Both the position numbers and the translations under genes were made by a program. The notes below the pieces were generated by a model, which was given only the letters and a program-made list of their open reading frames with translations, did no database searches and was not told the origin of the DNA. DNA of 64,000 bases from Podarcis pityusensis (Eukaryota), in the NCBI GenBank assembly GCA_964106645.2, contig OZ067039.1, one strand, 5' to 3'. Below are positions 61,911 to 64,000 of the stretch, piece by piece; the stretch's first letter is position 1; each line of letters begins with the position of its first letter.

Positions 61911-62660
61911 CATACCCTCCAACGTTTCTCTGATGAAAATAGGGACGTCCCATTCCATAATGGTAAGTTTACTATTTATGCCCCACACATCTTACTGGGT
62001 TGCCCCAGCCACTCTAGGCAGCTTCCAACATATATAAAAACATAACAAAACATTAAACATTAAAAAAAAAACTTCCCTGTACAGGATTGCCTTCATATAG
62101 TTTGGGAGTCAACTCCATATCCTCCATTATTTCTCCAGTGAAAATAGGGATGTCCTATCATACGCTCCGGGACGCGGGTGGCGCTGTGGGTTAAACCACA
62201 GAGCCTAGGACTTGCCGATCAGAAGGTCGGCAGTTCGAATCCCTGTGACAGGGTGAGCTCACGTTGCTTAGTCCCTGCTCCTGCCAACCTAGCAGTTTGA
62301 AAGCAAGCCAGTGCAAGTAGATCAATAGGTATCGCTCCGGCGGGGAAGGTAAACGGCGTTTCCGTGCGCTGCTCTGGTTTGCCAGAAGCGGCTTAGTCAT
62401 GCTGGCCACAAGACCCGGAAGCTGTACGCCGGCTCCCTCGGCCATTAAAGCAAGATGAGCGCCGCAACCCCAGAGTCGTCCGGAACTGGACCTAATGGTC
62501 AGGGGTCCCTTTACCTTTACTACCATACCCTCCAACATTTCTCCAATGAAAATTGGGATGTCCTAAGGAAAAGCGGGATATTCCAGGATCAAATAAGAAA
62601 CCAGGACAGCTTCTCTAAATCAGGGGTGTTCCTCAAAAATAGGGACACTTGGAGGGTCTG
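61911..62660. mobile_element. Non-autonomous DNA transposon with 6-bp TSD, interrupted by a Sauria SINE
   Basis: TIR cataccctccaa/ttggagggtctg; TSD aggcag at 61905 and 62661. Confidence 0.8.
62169..62520 (+). mobile_element. Sauria SINE, full length
   Basis: Canonical head and tail; imperfect TSD tatcatacgctcc/taccataccctcc. Confidence 0.92.
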
Positions 62661-64000
62661 AGGCAGGGGCCTTTTCCGATCCTACTTTGAAATGCCTGGA
62701 AATGATCCTGGGACCTTCTCCATGCCAAGCATGAGTTCTACCACTGAGCTAGACCCTCTCAGTGGCCCTCCATGAGGACCAAGTACTTGGCAAGCAGACG
62801 TTTGAGTCTCATTCTGGGTTTGTGGACACGTTCTGCAGTCAATGCAGATCAGAGTCTTTGTTTTCTCTGGAAGGGAGGTGTTTATTTGTTCTTGTGCTGG
62901 GAGATAAAGAAACTGTAGTCAGCCCTGGACATTTCTAACTCTACTGTCAGCAACTGCTAGGCCCAGGGCATCCTAGTGGCAGATACATACAGTTCTCCAT
63001 GCCTAGGAACATGAACAGTCAGGTTAGCTTAAAGCAGCGCCTTATAAGGGATGCTTCCTGTGAACGGCATTGAGAAAACTTCAGCTGGTTAAAATATCCC
63101 AGCTCGATTATTTACAGAGACCCACTATACTGAATACATTTGAGCAGTACTTCACTGTGCTTCAGGGTCCGTCCGTCCCCAGCACTAGTGCTGCCTGCAA
63201 GATTCTGGGTAGCTCTCAGACATGGCACCCTCAAGGTTAGGCTAAGAGGCAGTGAGTGGCCTAATGTCACCTCGTGAGCTTCATGGCCGAGTGGGGATTT
63301 GAACCCTGGTCTCCCAGGTCCTAGTCCGACTCTCTAACCACTACCCCACACTGGTTTAGAGTGCTTGTTTTGACCAATAAAGCCCTATAACCAGGGACCA
63401 AGTTATCATAAAGACTCATTTTCCCCCAATACGGACCTTCCAGTTTTCTGAGATCATCAACTGAGGTTCTGTTCCAGGTGTCTCCACCTTTAGAGGCCAG
63501 GTGGGTGGTTACCTGGGGCAGGATCTTTTCTGTTGTGGCTCCCAGATTTTGTCCTCGCTGTTTGCCTCAAACATACTACATATTCCAGTACATTTTCCCA
63601 TCACTTTTCTTATCAAAAAAGTCTGGGTTTTTTTTGGGGGGGGGGAAGCAGTTTTGTTACACAAGAGCTCCAAACCCGCTCCAACTGCACAACTGGAACT
63701 TGCTGGGATGTGACTGAATCCCCAAATATTGACAACCTGGATGTGCCCTGTGTGGCCACATCCAATCTACTCAGTTGTAAATGTGACCTGAACTACTTGG
63801 TTCTGGGTTCTGGGAGCCAAAAGATTGTGGCTAGAGGGCAATGTCACTTTAGTTTCTTGTTTACTGTAAGCCACAGCAAACTAGGTGTCTGTTCTTAACC
63901 ATTGGATGGACTTCCTTTATCATTAGAAGTCCTCAAAGGGATCACCTTTTATTCTTTTTTATTTTGCATGTAGCAAGGTAAGGATGGGTGGTGTGGTGAG

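Overview
Vertebrate genomic DNA, most likely a lacertid lizard (inferred from Podarcis-type Sauria SINEs and other squamate repeats). The window opens inside the CpG-rich first exon of RPN1 (ribophorin I, + strand). All 10 coding exons can be traced by splice sites and phase to the stop at 12854; the start codon lies upstream of the window. Convergent with RPN1 on the - strand is an intact 4-exon gene (23663->16837, 431 aa) encoding signal peptide + Cys motif + coiled coil + fibrinogen C-terminal domain. It is closest to fibroleukin/FGL2, but its locus and intron structure differ from mammalian FGL2. The remaining ~40 kb has no recognisable protein-coding gene. By the known RPN1-GATA2 synteny it is probably GATA2 upstream regulatory territory. 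It holds a dense GATA/E-box/RUNX/MYB/C-EBP/AP-1 cluster at ~34.25-34.5 kb, a candidate orthologue of the GATA2 distal haematopoietic enhancer. Oriented CTCF motifs would enclose the FGL2-like gene in its own loop. The rest is SINEs, L2/Penelope fragments, hAT and Tc1/mariner MITEs (several nested, with visible TSDs), microsatellites and a 200-N gap. All homology calls come from recalled sequences, not database searches.
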